Below are positions 39,605-53,039 of a stretch of DNA of 64,000 nucleotides, in pieces; position 1 is the first letter of the stretch, and every line of letters begins with the position of its first letter. Position numbers and translations under genes: made by a program. The notes under the pieces were generated by a model. That model was not told the DNA's origin. It did not search any database and was given only the letters and a program-made list of their open reading frames with translations. The stretch covers positions 23,002,001 to 23,066,000 of the forward strand of contig NC_042999.1 in assembly GCF_006345805.1 (NCBI RefSeq), written 5' to 3'. The DNA is from Octopus sinensis (taxonomy: Eukaryota).

Positions 39605-39810
39605 GGCTGCGAGCTGGCAGAATCGCTGATACGCCGGTTAAAATGGTTAGCGACATTTGGTCCGTCTTTGCGTTCTGAGTTCAAATTCAACCGAGATCGA
39701 CTTTGCTTTTCATCCTTTCGGGGCTGATAAATTAAGTACCAGTGAAACACTGAGGTCAATGTAATCAACTAGTCCCCCTCCCTCAAAATTTCAGTAGTAG
39801 AAAGGATTAT
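39603..39810 (+). mobile_element. S1 SINE
   Basis: S1 core. Confidence 0.8.
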
Positions 39811-40567
39811 TATATAGTAGAAACGATCATCATCATCATCATCATCATCATCTGCTGCTGCTGCTGCTGCTGCAGTCTCTAGAAAAGTTAATTCGAGTTT
39901 CACGTCACCCATTAATTCACACGGTTGAAAATAAGAATTGGTTTGACAATATATAAGTAAAAAAAAAATATTCGCAAACAAATAGAAGTGTGATTTGTCA
40001 TAGAGATTCGATTAGTTGCCGGAATAAACCTTTCGAAAAACCACCATACATTCATCTTTTCAGTTACATGCGACGTATCCGCTATTCACACGAAAAAGAA
40101 AGAAAAGACGTAGTATTTTCAAATCTATATAATTAGTAACTAATGATATTTCGATGTTAGTGTGATTACGAATATTTATATATATATACACTACACCATA
40201 CAACATTACACATCCCCACACACCCACAGCACACCACCCACACACCCATCTGCACATCTTTACACCTACACATACATACACATATCACATCACAACACAC
40301 CACCCACACACCCATCCCCACATCTCCACACCCACACATACATACACACACACGTCCAGACCACCAGCCCTCTTTCACATGCACATACATACTCTCTTAT
40401 ACACACGCGAACCTTTGTGTTGGGGGCACCTTCGTATTGGAAGTCACTTGACCCTGTTATCTCCCCTACTGTCCTTCTTGCGTCTGACCACTGTCCGAAG
40501 TCAGGACGCCATGATAGATCGTTAGCTCCTACACGCATTTTTTCTCTCTCCTTGTTTTTTCTGTGTA

Positions 40568-40605
40568 TCTTTCTGTCGAAGAGCGTAGGCTCGAAACGTA
40601 AAAGA
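40568..40605 (+). ncRNA. Variant ultra-minimal hammerhead-like motif within repeat 40420-40697
   Basis: TCTTT CTGTCGA A GAGC gtag GCTC GAAA C GTA AAAGA; same family as 22469-22504. Confidence 0.55.
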
Positions 40606-40829
40606 CTTTTTCTATTCCTGAGCGCTATACTAATACATTTGTTTGTTTGTACTCCACCTGCCTTCGTCTTTTGTTTATTTTCGTAAACTTTCCCTTTATA
40701 TATATATATATATATACATACATAATGTAGTAGATCTGGTTGGTACCCATCCATGGTTGCAGACACTGTTGATTGTTAGGATCACCGTACCACAGCTCTC
40801 ATCAGCCACACCAGCACGATCATGGTGAT

Positions 40830-42365
40830 AATTCTGCTGAAGAAAATGGAACGAAATGCCGAACTGCAATTCGTGGAGGTATAGATGAGGTTTTGTAAGG
40901 GAGAGGGCACCAGAAACTAGACTTTTTATATCAGGATCCTCATCAGAAGAAACTCAAGGAACATAATGTTCCATTATACGTGGCATTTATCTAGCATTCC
41001 ACTTTGTGGGAAAATGTTACAGATAATAGAAATCGAAAATTCTGCAGTTGACAAACTGTACATTGGTCAACAGTTATTATAGGGGATCGCGAGCATACAG
41101 ACGGGTTTAACCTCAGGAAAGGAGTTTGGAAAGGATATATTCTTTTCTATTTTGGGCACAAGACCCGAAAGTTTTTATGAGGGGACCACTTGATTAGATC
41201 GACTCCAGTACGCAACTGGCATTTAATTCATCGACCCCGAAAGAATAAAGGGTAAAGTCAACCTCGGCGGAATTTGAACTCAGAACGTTAAGACAGACGA
41301 AATAACGCCAAGCATTTCGCCCGGCGTGTTAACGATTCTGCCAGCTCGCCACCTTTTTTAGCAAGGTTATATTGTTTCACCTCTGGTGAGTTCATCTGTA
41401 ATGATCTCGGCTGGGTCAGTGTATGCATTAGTGGCTGACAGCCTGTGTTATGCTGATGATCACTACCTTATCAGCAGCGTGCTGATTGCTGGCTGAACTC
41501 CAGATTCTGATTGACAAACTTAGTTGAGTTTCTGGCGAGTTTCAACTGGAAATGTGGAGGCGCGTGGCTTAGTGGTTAGGGTTTCAGCACCATGATCGTA
41601 AGATTGTGGTTTCGATTCCTGGACCGGGCGATGAGTTGTGTTCTTGAGCAAAACACTTCATTTCACGTTGCTCCAGTCCACTCAGCTGGCAAAAATGAGT
41701 AACGCTGCGATGGACTGGCGTCCCGTCCAGCTGGAGAACACATATGCCATAGAAACCGGGAAACCGGGCCCATGAGCCTGGCTAGGCTTTAAAAGGGCAA
41801 TTTATTAGTGAAAGCGCGTGGGTTAGTGGTTGGGGTATCAGCATCATGATCGTAAGATTGTGGTTTCGATTCCTGGACCGGGCGACGCGTTGTGTTCTTG
41901 AGCAAAACACTTCATTTCACGTTGCTCCAGTCCACTCAGCTGTCAAAAATGAGTAACGCTGCGATGGACTGGGCTAGCGTGGTCCCTTGGCGTCGCAGGA
42001 TGAGCTGCATAGAAACAGGGAAAGCGGGCCCATGAACCTGGCTAGGCTTTAAAAGGGCGCATTTATTTTATTTATTTTCAACTGAAAATCACTACCAAAA
42101 GACCAAGTTCATTGCAGCCCTGGGTAACCAGTGCAGCTCATCCTGCGACGCCAAGGGACCACGCTAGCCCAGGTTGACAAATTCAAGTACCTGGACCTCA
42201 ATGTTGACTAAACAGCCGGCAGCAGTCAAGAAATCAGCGAAAGTCTTGCTGCAGGACGATCAACCCTGAAGTCACTCGATACAATATGGACCTCAGCAAA
42301 ATCAAGCTGAACCTTCTAAATACCCTGGTCTGGTCAATAGCGTTATATGGGTGTGAAGCAGAGGT
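40830..42365 (+). pseudogene. Decayed RTE-clade LINE reverse transcriptase, interrupted by SINEs
   Basis: LCYADD at about 41443-41460, VDKFKYLD at about 42173, WSIALYGCEA at about 42331. Confidence 0.75.
41554..42075 (+). mobile_element. Head-to-tail dimer of S3 SINE
   Basis: One TSD TTTCAACTG(G/A)AAAT at 41540-41553 and 42076-42089 brackets both units. Confidence 0.88.
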
Positions 42366-42761
42366 GTTAAGGGTCTTTGCCTTACTCCCATACAGATTGT
42401 TTTAATGTTTAACAGAGAAAAAACAGCGTTTAGTCATGTGGTTTACAACACATTCACGTACACATAAATACGCGTGCCAGCGCGCACACAGATTTACGCA
42501 TATATATATGTATATATATCACGTGATCACGTGATCGACCAGACCATCAGATCTTGTTACACATCGCTGGTCACAATGCGTTCGCATTGTTTTAGCCTTT
42601 AAATGACGCCACTCCGCTGGCTAAGCGAGCAGTCCAATATGTATATATACACACACACATATATATAAATGCACACATGTACATGTGTATGTGTGTGTGT
42701 GAATATGTGTGCATGTATATAATATATACATACATACATATATATATGTATATATATATGT

Positions 42762-42803
<42 letters not shown>

Positions 42804-42845
42804 GTACACACACGCACACATGCGCATACACATATATATATTTAC

Positions 42846-43011
42846 TGGCTGTGTGGTAAGTAGCTTGCTCCCCCACCACATGGTTCCAGGAACAGTCCCA
42901 ACTGCGTGGCACCATGGGAAAGTGTTTTCTTCTATAGCCTCGGGCCGACCAAAGCCTTGTGAATGGATTTGGTTGAAGGAAACTGAAAGAAGCCCGTCGA
43001 ATATATGTATA

Positions 43012-43042
<31 letters not shown>

Positions 43043-43228
43043 CTGTGTCTGTGTCTGTGTTTGTCCCCCCACCATCGCTTGACAACCGATGTTGGTGTGT
43101 TTGCGTCTCCGTAACTTAGCGGTTCGGCAAAAGAGAACGATAGAATAAGTACTAGGCTTACAAAGAGTAAGTCCTGAAATCGATGCTCCAGCATGGCCAC
43201 ATTCAGATGACTAAAACAAGTAAAGGAA
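42846..43228 (+). mobile_element. S4 SINE
   Basis: S4 homology. Confidence 0.85.
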
Positions 43229-44224
43229 TAAATGAAAATACAGTATACGTATATAGAGAGACAGCGAGAGAGAGAGACACACACACACACATACCCACAG
43301 AGGAAGAGAAAGTTGGTGGGGGGACGCATAGACGGACGCATAGACAGACAAAGAGTGAAAACAGATGGCAGCAGATATCGATCATTTATTTAGTAACTCG
43401 GCAACAAAATTCAGCAAATAACAATTTAAAGACAAAAAAAAAATTGCGCAATATTTAAATTTTATTGTTGATGTATTTATTACAAAAATGAAGAACAAAA
43501 AAAAACACGAACAAATACCATATTTTACTCTTCCGTATATTTCCAACTCTTGAATTTGATCGATACCGATATCTTTCCAGTATTAGAATAATGCAACACA
43601 GTTTAAAAGGTGGAGTTCGATAATCGATTATATAAGCAACACCCGGTGCTTTGCCGTGTCCTTATTTTATCGACTCTTGAGAGTAAGAGATTAAAGATAG
43701 ACTTTTGTGAGAATGTGAACTTCAGAATTTGATAAATAAGCAAGTGAACATTGCAAGCACGGCTGTGTGGTTAAGAAGCTTGCTTTGCAACCATGTGGTT
43801 TTGAGTTCAGTCTCACTGCGCAGCATCTTTCGAGAGTTGTCTTCCATTGGGTCATCCCATAAATAATGCGGTTCTTTTTTTTTTTTTGTACTTATTCTGA
43901 TGACGGAATGCCCAGTGTACAGAGATGCTAATCTATCACTTGGGATATCCAAGGAACAGCTGTAAGACATCCAATAATTAATTAATTAATTTAATCACTT
44001 CAAACTCATCTTACTCTAATGAAATATTCTAAACGACTTGGTTTTTGTTGTCCATTTTCCTCTAATATATACCTGCTAACTCGGAAGCCTACAACGGAAC
44101 CCTAGCTCCAGCGTCAGCTGTGAACTTCGAACCTAACGGACGACCAATTATAGCGTAATTATGCGTTCGTTTGGATCACCAGTGAACTAAACCCCTTATA
44201 TTCTCTCTATCTCTCTCTCTCCCT

Positions 44225-44277
<53 letters not shown>

Positions 44278-44866
44278 GATAAATAAAAATATATAAAAAT
44301 ATATGCATACATACAAACATATATGTACGTACCTACATCTACATGTATATATACATGCATATATAAATAATTATACGTGAGTACAGGACACCACAATAAG
44401 ACGTAGAAACGAGAAAAACAAAAAAAACAAAAAACAAGAAAACGAAAAAACAAAAAAAAACAAGAAAACGAAAAAAACAGTTACAGGACGAGCTACACAA
44501 GGAAAAAAACCCCCGTCATCAGCTGTCGCTAGTAGAGTCAAGCATGTTTCGAAGGCAGAGACAGAACACTAATCCACTAGGCCTTCCTGCGAGAGAATTA
44601 AAATAAAATTCCAAGCAGCGGGGCAAAATGAGTACGAACACGAACAGGATGTAACAATAAAACTGCAAAAATAAAAATACATGTACAAAAAATACAAATA
44701 ATTACAAAACGAGAAAATAAAGAGAGAATACGATACAGGAAATCAAACACACAAGAGGACGAACGAAAAAGCCTTTTTTTGGCATAGACGAAGGATACTG
44801 TGGCAGCGCGTGGAGGCAGTCTTTTCAGTAGTAAGAGCAACGTGTAAAAGAAATTTTATTTTATAG

Positions 44867-44956
44867 TGAGGGGTGTATGAAAAGTTTTGAGCCTCATCAG
44901 GAGTCTTGTTCCATGTTTTGCTTTTTTGAGGCTCTAGACTTTTTATACACACTTTG
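44867..44956. mobile_element. Very small mariner-type MITE
   Basis: GTGTATGAAAAGTTTTGAGCCTC / GAGGCTCTAGACTTTTTATACAC imperfect TIRs. Confidence 0.55.
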
Positions 44957-45013
44957 TATATATGTATATATATATAAGGATAAGATGGTTATTTAAATAC
45001 CGATGTATATATA

Positions 45014-45736
45014 TGTGGCGATTCCGGCACTCGGGCTGTTCGAGCTTAGCCTGAGTATAAATTTAATAAGGTGGGCGTGTATTTGCAAGCTGATTTAATT
45101 TCTACCAGCACTGACTTCAAGTATGTAATTGCAGCCAATAACTCGGGCTCCTTTTATTGAGCCTGGTTGCAGTTTAGCGTCTGGCGATCGTCTTAGAGGT
45201 ACCCTGTGTCAAAAAATATCATTCGTAGCAGACGTTCTTTCGACATCATTCACACGCGCCTGACTCGGTTTCAGAAGTCACAGCCCGAGTTGTTATCTAT
45301 GATTGTAAAGACAAAATGCAATTCAAATTCAATGTTTTCTTGAAACTATAAATTTCTATAGAGAATCTACGAAAAGTTTTCGTTCTAAAATATTCTTAAA
45401 GGAACGAAAAATTACTCAGCAACTCGGTATAAAAGACTAACTGTCATCTCTTGTCAAGAGTACAGGCGACAGTTAGATCGCTGATGCTTGTTGTGCACTC
45501 TGCGGTCGTAATTTGTCGTTATTCTGTGCGCCTGTGTGTAAAGATCAGTTGAGTTTTGCAGGGTTTTAGTTTTACCCATAACTTAGAAATGAAGAAAGAC
45601 ATAGTGTTAGATATAAAAAAAAATAAATAAGCCATTTGGGGCTAGAAAAAAAGTGGGAAAAATATGAAATTCTTCAAGTGTCTTATGCGGTATCTGTGAT
45701 GAGCCCGAGTGACACTAATGACTTGGAGTCGCCTCT
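45014..45736 (+). mobile_element. Possible solo LTR
   Basis: TGTGGCGATTCC...GGAGTCGCCTCT imperfect terminal inverted repeat; internal TATAAAA (45428) and AATAAA (about 45621); inserted in TA tract. Confidence 0.4.
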
Positions 45737-45738
45737 GG

Positions 45739-45827
<89 letters not shown>

Positions 45828-46067
45828 ACGAACGAATCATTTCGCTATAATTGGTCACCCGTTAGGTTCGAAGTTCACAGCTGAGGCTGGAGCTAGGGTT
45901 CCGTTGTAGGCTTCCGAGTTAGCAGGTACTAGCACTATAATCCGGCTTTGCCGCAGTATAAGCAGTAGCTGCATTATTATTATTATTATTATTTAAAAAT
46001 AATAATAATAATAATAATAATAATCCTTTCTACTATAGGCACAGAAACGAGTAGATGATAAAAGATC

Positions 46068-46328
46068 ACATGATCACGTAACCGACCAGGCCAAATGCGC
46101 TTCGCATTGTTTTAGCCTTCAATGACGCCACTCCTCTGGCTAAGCGAGCAGGCCAACAGAAGAAAGAGCGAGAGAAAGTTGTGGAGAAAGAGTACAGCAG
46201 GGATCACCACCAAACCCTGCCGGAGCCTCTTGGTGCTTTAGGTGTTTTCGTTCAATAAACACTCACAACGCCCGGTCTCGGATTCGAAACCGCGATCCTA
46301 TGACCGCGAGTCCACTGCCCTAACAACT
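46068..46328 (-). mobile_element. S2 SINE with tail type iii
   Basis: S2 body; tail also present alone at 42515-42637. Confidence 0.8.
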
Positions 46329-46368
46329 GTCTGGTGTGTTATCGATTCTACTGATTCGTCGTCCTTTT

Positions 46369-46856
46369 AATATTGATCTGTAATTTTATTCCTCCGAGGT
46401 CGACTTTGCTTTTCATCCTTTCGGGGTCAATAAATTAAGTACCAGTTGCGTACTGGGTCGATCTAATCAACAGCCCCAATCTCCTCCCCAAACACTTCGG
46501 GCCTTGAGCCTAGAGTAGAAAACAAAAGAATATCGATTTGTAATTTTATTCCTCCGAGGTCGACTTTACCTGTCATCTTTTCGGGGTCGATAAATTAAGT
46601 ACCAGTTGCGTACTGGGGTCGATCTAATCGACTGCCCCACTCCCCAAAGATTTCGGGCCTTGTGTCCTAAAGTAGAAAAGATAAGAATATTGATCCGTAA
46701 TTTTATTCCTCCGAGGTCGACTTTACCTGTCATCCTTTAGGGGTCGATAAATTAGGTAATAGTTGTGTACTGAGGTCGATTTAGTTGACTGGCTCCCTCC
46801 CCCAAAATTTCGGTCCTTCTGCCTAAAGCAGAAAAGAATATTGATTCGTAATTTTG
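46369..46856 (+). repeat. Tandem trimer of identically truncated S1 3' halves
   Basis: Three units of about 160 bp, each preceded by AATAT(T/C)GAT..GTAATTTT. Confidence 0.85.
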
Positions 46857-47135
46857 GCAGAACGCCAAAATATTTAGGAGCTGAAAAACCGAATAAATCG
46901 ACCACACTTTTGACATTTACTTAAATTATTGATTGCAAAAAACTAACAGGCGGTACCCGGCCTTGCTTCGGTTTATAAATACGATCGCATGAATTCGTCA
47001 TTAATTTTTTTTTTTTTTTTACGAAGTGATTTCAAAATATATACCGAGAATCTTCAGTCGGTTCGATGACGTTAATTCACTAAGAGGAGATGATTCAAGT
47101 TGAACTTCAAGAAAGAGGAACCAAATGAATAGATA

Positions 47136-47670
47136 GTGGAGGCACATGGCCTAGTAAGGCGGCGAGCTGGCAGGAACGTTAGCACGCCGGGCGAAATGCT
47201 TAGCGGTATTTCGTCTGCCGTTACGTTCCGAGTTCAAATTCCGCCGAGGTCGACTTTGCCTTTCATCCTTTCGGGGTCGATAAATTAAGTACCAGTTACG
47301 AACTGGGGTCGATGCAATCGACTTAATACCTATGTCTGTCCTTGTTTGTTCCCTCTGTGTTTAGCCCCTTGTGGGTAATAAAGAAATAGGTTAGAGCAAC
47401 GGACTCGCGGGTTCGAATCTCAGACCGGGCGATGTGTGTATTTATGAGATGAGCGAAACACAATTAATCTCCACGCGGCGCCGGTTGAAGGTAATGGCGT
47501 ACTTCTGCTGACTCTTTCGCCACAACTTTCTCTCATTCTTTCCTCCTGCATCTTGCAGCTCACCTGCGACAGACTGGCGTCCCGCCAAAGAAACCGGGAA
47601 ACCGGCCCTTATGAGCCAGGCGTGGCTCGAGAAGGAACAAACAAAATAAATAGATAAATAAACAAACAAA
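47136..47670 (+). mobile_element. S2-like SINE with a nested full-length S1 (47156-47388)
   Basis: GTGGAGGCACATGGCCTAGT [S1] GGTTAGAGCAACGGACTCG. Confidence 0.85.
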
Positions 47671-47919
47671 CAAGCAAAGGTAAAATTTTACTCTTACGGT
47701 TATTTTCTTTTTATTTTGGGGGGAAAGCTTTTGTTTTTCTCCCCCAAACAGGTATGGCTGTGCAGTTAAGAATGCTCGCTGTGCAACTACGCAGTTTGGG
47801 GTTCAGTCCCAACTCGCGGTACCTTGAGCAAGTGTTTTCTATATAGCTCTGGGCCGACCAATATCTTGTCGGTGAATTTAGTAGATGGAAACTATGGTGA
47901 AGCCCGTCGTGTTTATATA

Positions 47920-47996
47920 CAAGGTGTCCAGAAAATTTCGCCCGATTATATATGTACAATAAGATTAAAATCGGACGAAACTTTTTGGACACCCTG
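47920..47996. mobile_element. 77-bp Tc1/mariner MITE inside an S4 SINE
   Basis: TA|CAAGGTGTCCAGAAAATTTCG...CGAAACTTTTTGGACACCCTG|TA. Confidence 0.75.
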
Positions 47997-48013
47997 TATG
48001 TGTGTGTGAGAGA

Positions 48014-48053
<40 letters not shown>

Positions 48054-48383
48054 AGAGAGAGAAAGAGAGAGAAAGTGAGTGAGTGTGTGTGTGTGTGATA
48101 AGACCTCCAATAAGCTTTCATTCATTCTCCGTAAACTCACTTTTACTCGCGAGACTTGGGTCGACCCAAAGTTATTGTAAAAAAAACACTTGCACAAGAT
48201 TCCACACAGTAAGATCAAAAACGGTACTTCGTAAATGTAAACCAGTCTTCGTAACCATTCAGGTGTGTTACCATCCACAATGTTTTTTTATTTCTTTGTT
48301 AACCAATCCGTGCGCGTGTGTGTGTGTCTATGTAAATTAAAATGCTCTTATAGTAGCCTTAGATTAAAATACCGATATGTATT

Positions 48384-48678
48384 GTTTGTTCCTTTTCGAG
48401 CCACGCTTGGCTCATAAGGGCCGGTTTCCCGGTTTCCTTGGCGTATAGGTTCCCCACCTATAGGAGGCGCCGGTCCGTCGAAGGTGAGCTGCAAGAAGAA
48501 AGAGTGAGAGAAAGTTGTGGCGAAAGAGTCAGCAGAAGTTCGCCATTACCTTCTGCCGGAGCCGCGTGGAACTTAGGTATTTCGCTCATAAACACACACA
48601 TCGCCCTGTCTGAGATTTGAACCCGCGCTCCCTCGACTACGAGTCCGCTGCTTTAACCACTGGGCCATGTGCCTCCAC
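48384..48678 (-). mobile_element. S2-like SINE with tail type ii
   Basis: TSD ACCGATAT(G/A)TAT. Confidence 0.85.
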
Positions 48679-48760
48679 ACCGATATATATAGCATATATG
48701 AAAAGGCCTGTTGCGTTGAAGTGGAGTTGGCATCATTTACCATTAAGCAATTGACTTATT

Positions 48761-50750
48761 GGATCTTTTCCTTTTGAAAGCCAGATTTTCCTAGTTAACT
48801 AAACAATTTGAAACTTCGTATACTGGTAGAATGTGTCAAAAGAAAACATAATTGTAAACCAAAAATGAAAACGGAATTGTAATTTCTAAGTTTAACGTTG
48901 TTTAAAAATTCGAATTTTAACCAATGATATTCTTTCTTTCGGCCTCATATTATTTACTGCTTCTCAAAATATTGTTACTGTGACGTAAACAGCTATTTTG
49001 TGACGTAGTTAACATAGCTAAAATGTAAACATCACCGTCCCATATAACAAAGTCCTAAACAGACAGAATAATAATACAAATACGGCGGGCTTTCGAAATA
49101 GCTGTCGAGAATAAAATGAAATTTCGATGGTAAATTTTTGGAGGGGATTCGGTAATTTTCGTCACTCTTAAATACATGTAATTCGCATTAAATCTTATTT
49201 TTCTGAAAAATCCACGTTTTAAAACATTTTAACTGCCCACCACTTCATCGTGCCTTTGGAGTAGGTGTCACACTTGGGATGGTCAAACCTAGAATACCTT
49301 TCATCATAGGTAATTGCTTGGAGTTCACCTTGAGAGCTAAAACTATATATTTAGTTTCGATATAAAAAATAAAATTGCACAAAATTTTGGCACAAGACCA
49401 ACAATTTGGGAGGAGGGGTTAATCGATTACATTGACTGGTACTTAATTGATCATGAAAGGTAAAGTCGACGACGACGGTAACGTGAGGAGTCGGAAGAAA
49501 TGCCACAAGGTATTTTGTCCGACGCACGAACGATTCTGCCAGCTTGCCCCACCCCCTTCCTTAATAATATTTCTTTCCCAAGTAAGTACAAGGCCTGAAG
49601 CTGATGGGAAGAACTAGTCGATTGTATTCAACTGGTACTTATTCTATAAGCACCGCCCGAAAGAAGGAAAGCTCAGCAATATTCGAACACGGAACGTAAA
49701 GATTCGTAAGAAATGACGCTAGGCATTTTATCCGATGCACAATCGATTCTGCCAGCTTTACATTATATTTTTCGTCGAAGTTTAACTATGTCACCTTGAT
49801 GATATATTTTTACGCGTGGACAAATAATAGAGAGATAATGTGGATCAGATGATATTACATACTGACAAGGGCTTGGTAAAGGACTGTTAGAATGTTTAGG
49901 GATACGGTCCTATACGTTCGGGTTTCAACCCTCACCGGAATTCAAAACAAGCCGTCTGTTCTTCCACGGTCGAGAAAATACATCGATCAAGTATTGGAGA
50001 TCGATATAAATGATTATACTCTCCACTCACCCCAAAATATATGCTTTGTGTCTATAATCAATATTACAAATATATTGTTATTGCTATTTAACTCAGGTCA
50101 TCCTGATAAACCCGGTTGAGGATCAAAGGGTTCCAACTATGACCAACCCGTATTTTTGCGCCCCCACCCTTTTTTCAGATATAGCATCTATGATTATATT
50201 AGCCAATGTACCCTTCCTTTAACCCAGTAGTATATGGTTTTAAGGGGATTTGGGTGTTATTCCTAGCACATCGACGAGCGAAAACGCAGAGGGGCCCTGA
50301 TTATGTGCGAGTATTCGTATAGATGGGTTACGTGTGTGTATGTGGGTGCATACAAGCCAAATAACCGGTTCAAGGCGTGTGTCAAACTGAAGAATCAAAG
50401 CGTGTGCACAAGTTTATAGTAAATATATACATTGTATAGAGAAAACACCCGAAGCCTATACAAAAACACTGAATATGTGTTTATTATTCATCCAAAATAA
50501 ACAGTACGTGTGTGGTCACAGTAACAATATGTTTAGACGGAGCAAATAATTTCAACTCAATACAGAGAATACGATTGGTTAAAATTCGCAGATTTAAACT
50601 ACGTTTAAACTTATAAAATACATTTTTGTCAAAAAAAAACTAGTTGAAATTATTGTTTTCTTTTGACACATTCTACCAGTATACGAAGTTTCAAATTATT
50701 TAGTTAACTAGAAAAATCTGAAAAATCTGGCTTTCAAAAAGAAAAGATCC
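48761..50750. mobile_element. 2-kb long-TIR Merlin-like element with nested S1 SINEs
   Basis: GGATCTTTTC/GAAAAGATCC ends; TSD GACTTATT/GAGTTATT; TIR homologous to 32564-33326. Confidence 0.8.
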
Positions 50751-51212
50751 GAGTTATTTCGATCAACCTTCTCCAGAAGCAGGTGGAAATAACGTTTATT
50801 GCAGTGTTTTTTTTTCTCTCGATCAAGAAATACAAATAAGAAATAATCTGAGAAAATTACATAACTTAAGACTTACCTTCTCCAGGCAAAAATGTGCCCC
50901 TATTCAAAATTACAGCTACATAGGTGCAAAACTGCGGCCTTTATTTTGAAACATAGATGCATACATCAGGAGTTTCTCATTAATCTCCCAGTATAGAGAT
51001 AAAACACAAGGGATCAGACATTCGTCTGACGAGCAACAAATGTGTGTGGATTCGGTTTCGAATCTCAGTCAGGCAGGGCTAAGCGGTCTCCCACATGTGG
51101 CACAGGCCGATATCTTATTTCTCTTTGCACGTTTTTGTTACAAACATACATACACGAGTCAACGAACGAAAGAAATGACACTCAACACATTTGACTGGAA
51201 CTGAATTAGATA

Positions 51213-51605
51213 TTTTTATATATAAAAGTCAAGTTGTGTGTCTATCTCCTACGATTTAGATTCCTTACTCCCACATTTTGCGGTGCCTTTTAACCAAAAC
51301 CGGGTATCTTATAGTCGTGATTCATATCGAGCCCTTCTGGGTATTAGCGCGCGTCTACGATGAGTCTACGATTTTAAAAGAAATTTACCATCATTTTTTC
51401 CATTTTAATGCATTTTTTCGCTATTATATAAGGGAAGTAACTCTCTAAAAATGTCTACGATGAGTCAACGATTTAAAAAAAAATTTACCATCATTTTTTT
51501 CCATTTTTAATGCATTTTTTTGCTACTTTTTGGCTATAACTCTCTAAAAATGCTTATATAGTTATTTCCCTTACAAACCCGAGCAACGCCGGGCGATACT
51601 GCTAG
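51213..51605 (+). mobile_element. Non-autonomous Helitron, family H1
   Basis: 3' CCCGAGCAACGCCGGG hairpin then CTAG|T; homolog of 13525-13924. Confidence 0.85.
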
Positions 51606-51820
51606 TATTTAATAATTTGATTTACCTCCACATTACGGGGAGGGCGGTTTTAAAACATGTTCAAATCCATAGCGAAAAAAATAAAAGGCTAGCCACTATA
51701 AAGTCATTTTATCCAGAATGGAATTCAATTCATTCCATCATATCAGAGCTATAACTAAATCCTTAAATGTCCTTTGTTATTTTGAGCTCATTTGAGTTTT
51801 CTTTATTTCTCAACAGAGAA

Positions 51821-52236
51821 TGATCTTTTCGGTTTGAACGGCAGTTTTTAACTTTATTTCTAGGTAACTAAAAAATTTTAAACTTCGTATACTGGTAGAA
51901 TGTGTTTATAAAACATCTTTTTCTCTTGGCTTTATTGAGAAAATTCTATAGTTTGTAAGATATTTGTTATTTTTTTTTCTTCAATTTCTGCAATTTCAAC
52001 CAATCACTGACGCCCATTGAAGTAAAAAACATTCTGTGCCGTATGAATATGTCCCTCGTTTAAGAAACAGATTGGGTTTATTTACATTTGTGAAGAAAAA
52101 AAGATACCCTTTCCCCCACCCCTAACCAACATTAACACAGATTGAATTGCAATAGATAGATACTAGGGTCATAATTATGGGTGACAATTTCATATGACAC
52201 CGCTAGAAAAAACTGCCGTTCAAACCGAAAAGATCC
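51821..52236. mobile_element. Short-TIR Merlin-like MITE
   Basis: GATCTTTTCGGTTTGAACGGCAGTTTTT TIRs; TSD ACAGAGAA/ACAGAGAG. Confidence 0.8.
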
Positions 52237-52812
52237 ACAGAGAGTAATGCAATATTCTGAGCCGCACTAATGTTGTAATGTTTCGAATGAAGTTGAGTTT
52301 TAGATTTATTTTGCTTCGTTTGCTCGTTTTGTTTGCTTAAAAACTCATGTTTTACAACGGAGATAGCTTTCGGCATTTCCAACATGTTTTTGATAAAGTG
52401 TTATTAGCCTGAAGTGATTTACAAGGGTTTCTATAAGCAGGTTTTAAAATATAAGAATTTTATATAACGTTTACTAGCGTGAGTATGTGTGCGTGAGGTG
52501 GCTGTGGTGAGGGTGATTATTGTGGCATGTTTGCTTTTCTCACGAACAGTATGATACGTAGGTAAAATAACATGGCTTTAATCGAAACCATCCATCCATT
52601 TTCTCCATCCACTATTAAAGTAACCGTCATTACACTTTCCGGCTGGATTCCCAAACATGACCAACTGAAAATAACGATATTATTCAACCAGTTTCTTTAT
52701 TAACCACAAGGGCCCAACATAGAGGGGTACAAACAAGAACAGACAGGACACCACAGAGAGGACAATACATAAAACGAATATGAATGAGATGATTATATAT
52801 AACAATGAGGAT

Positions 52813-53039
52813 AAGGCGGCGAGCTGGCAGAAACGTTAGCACGCCGGGCGAAATGCGTAGCTGTATTTCGTCTGTCGTTACGTTCTGAGTTCAAATTCCG
52901 CCGAGGTCGACTTTGCCTTTCATCCTTTCGGGGTCGATAAATTAAGTACCCCACTGGGGTCGATGTAATCGACTTAATCCCTTTGTCTGTCCTTGTTTGT
53001 CCCCTCTATGTTTAGCCCCTTGTGGGCAATAAAGAAATA
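52813..53039 (+). mobile_element. S1 SINE with a very long TSD
   Basis: Duplication of about 45 bp at 52764-52810 and 53040-53084. Confidence 0.9.

Noticed and set aside
46369-46856. Repeat-spacer pattern resembling CRISPR
   Set aside because: The spacers are homologous SINE halves, the context is eukaryotic and no cas genes are present
49892-50119. Duplicated 75-aa ORF (also 57152..57379)
   Set aside because: Identity comes from a recent inverted duplication of repeat-derived DNA
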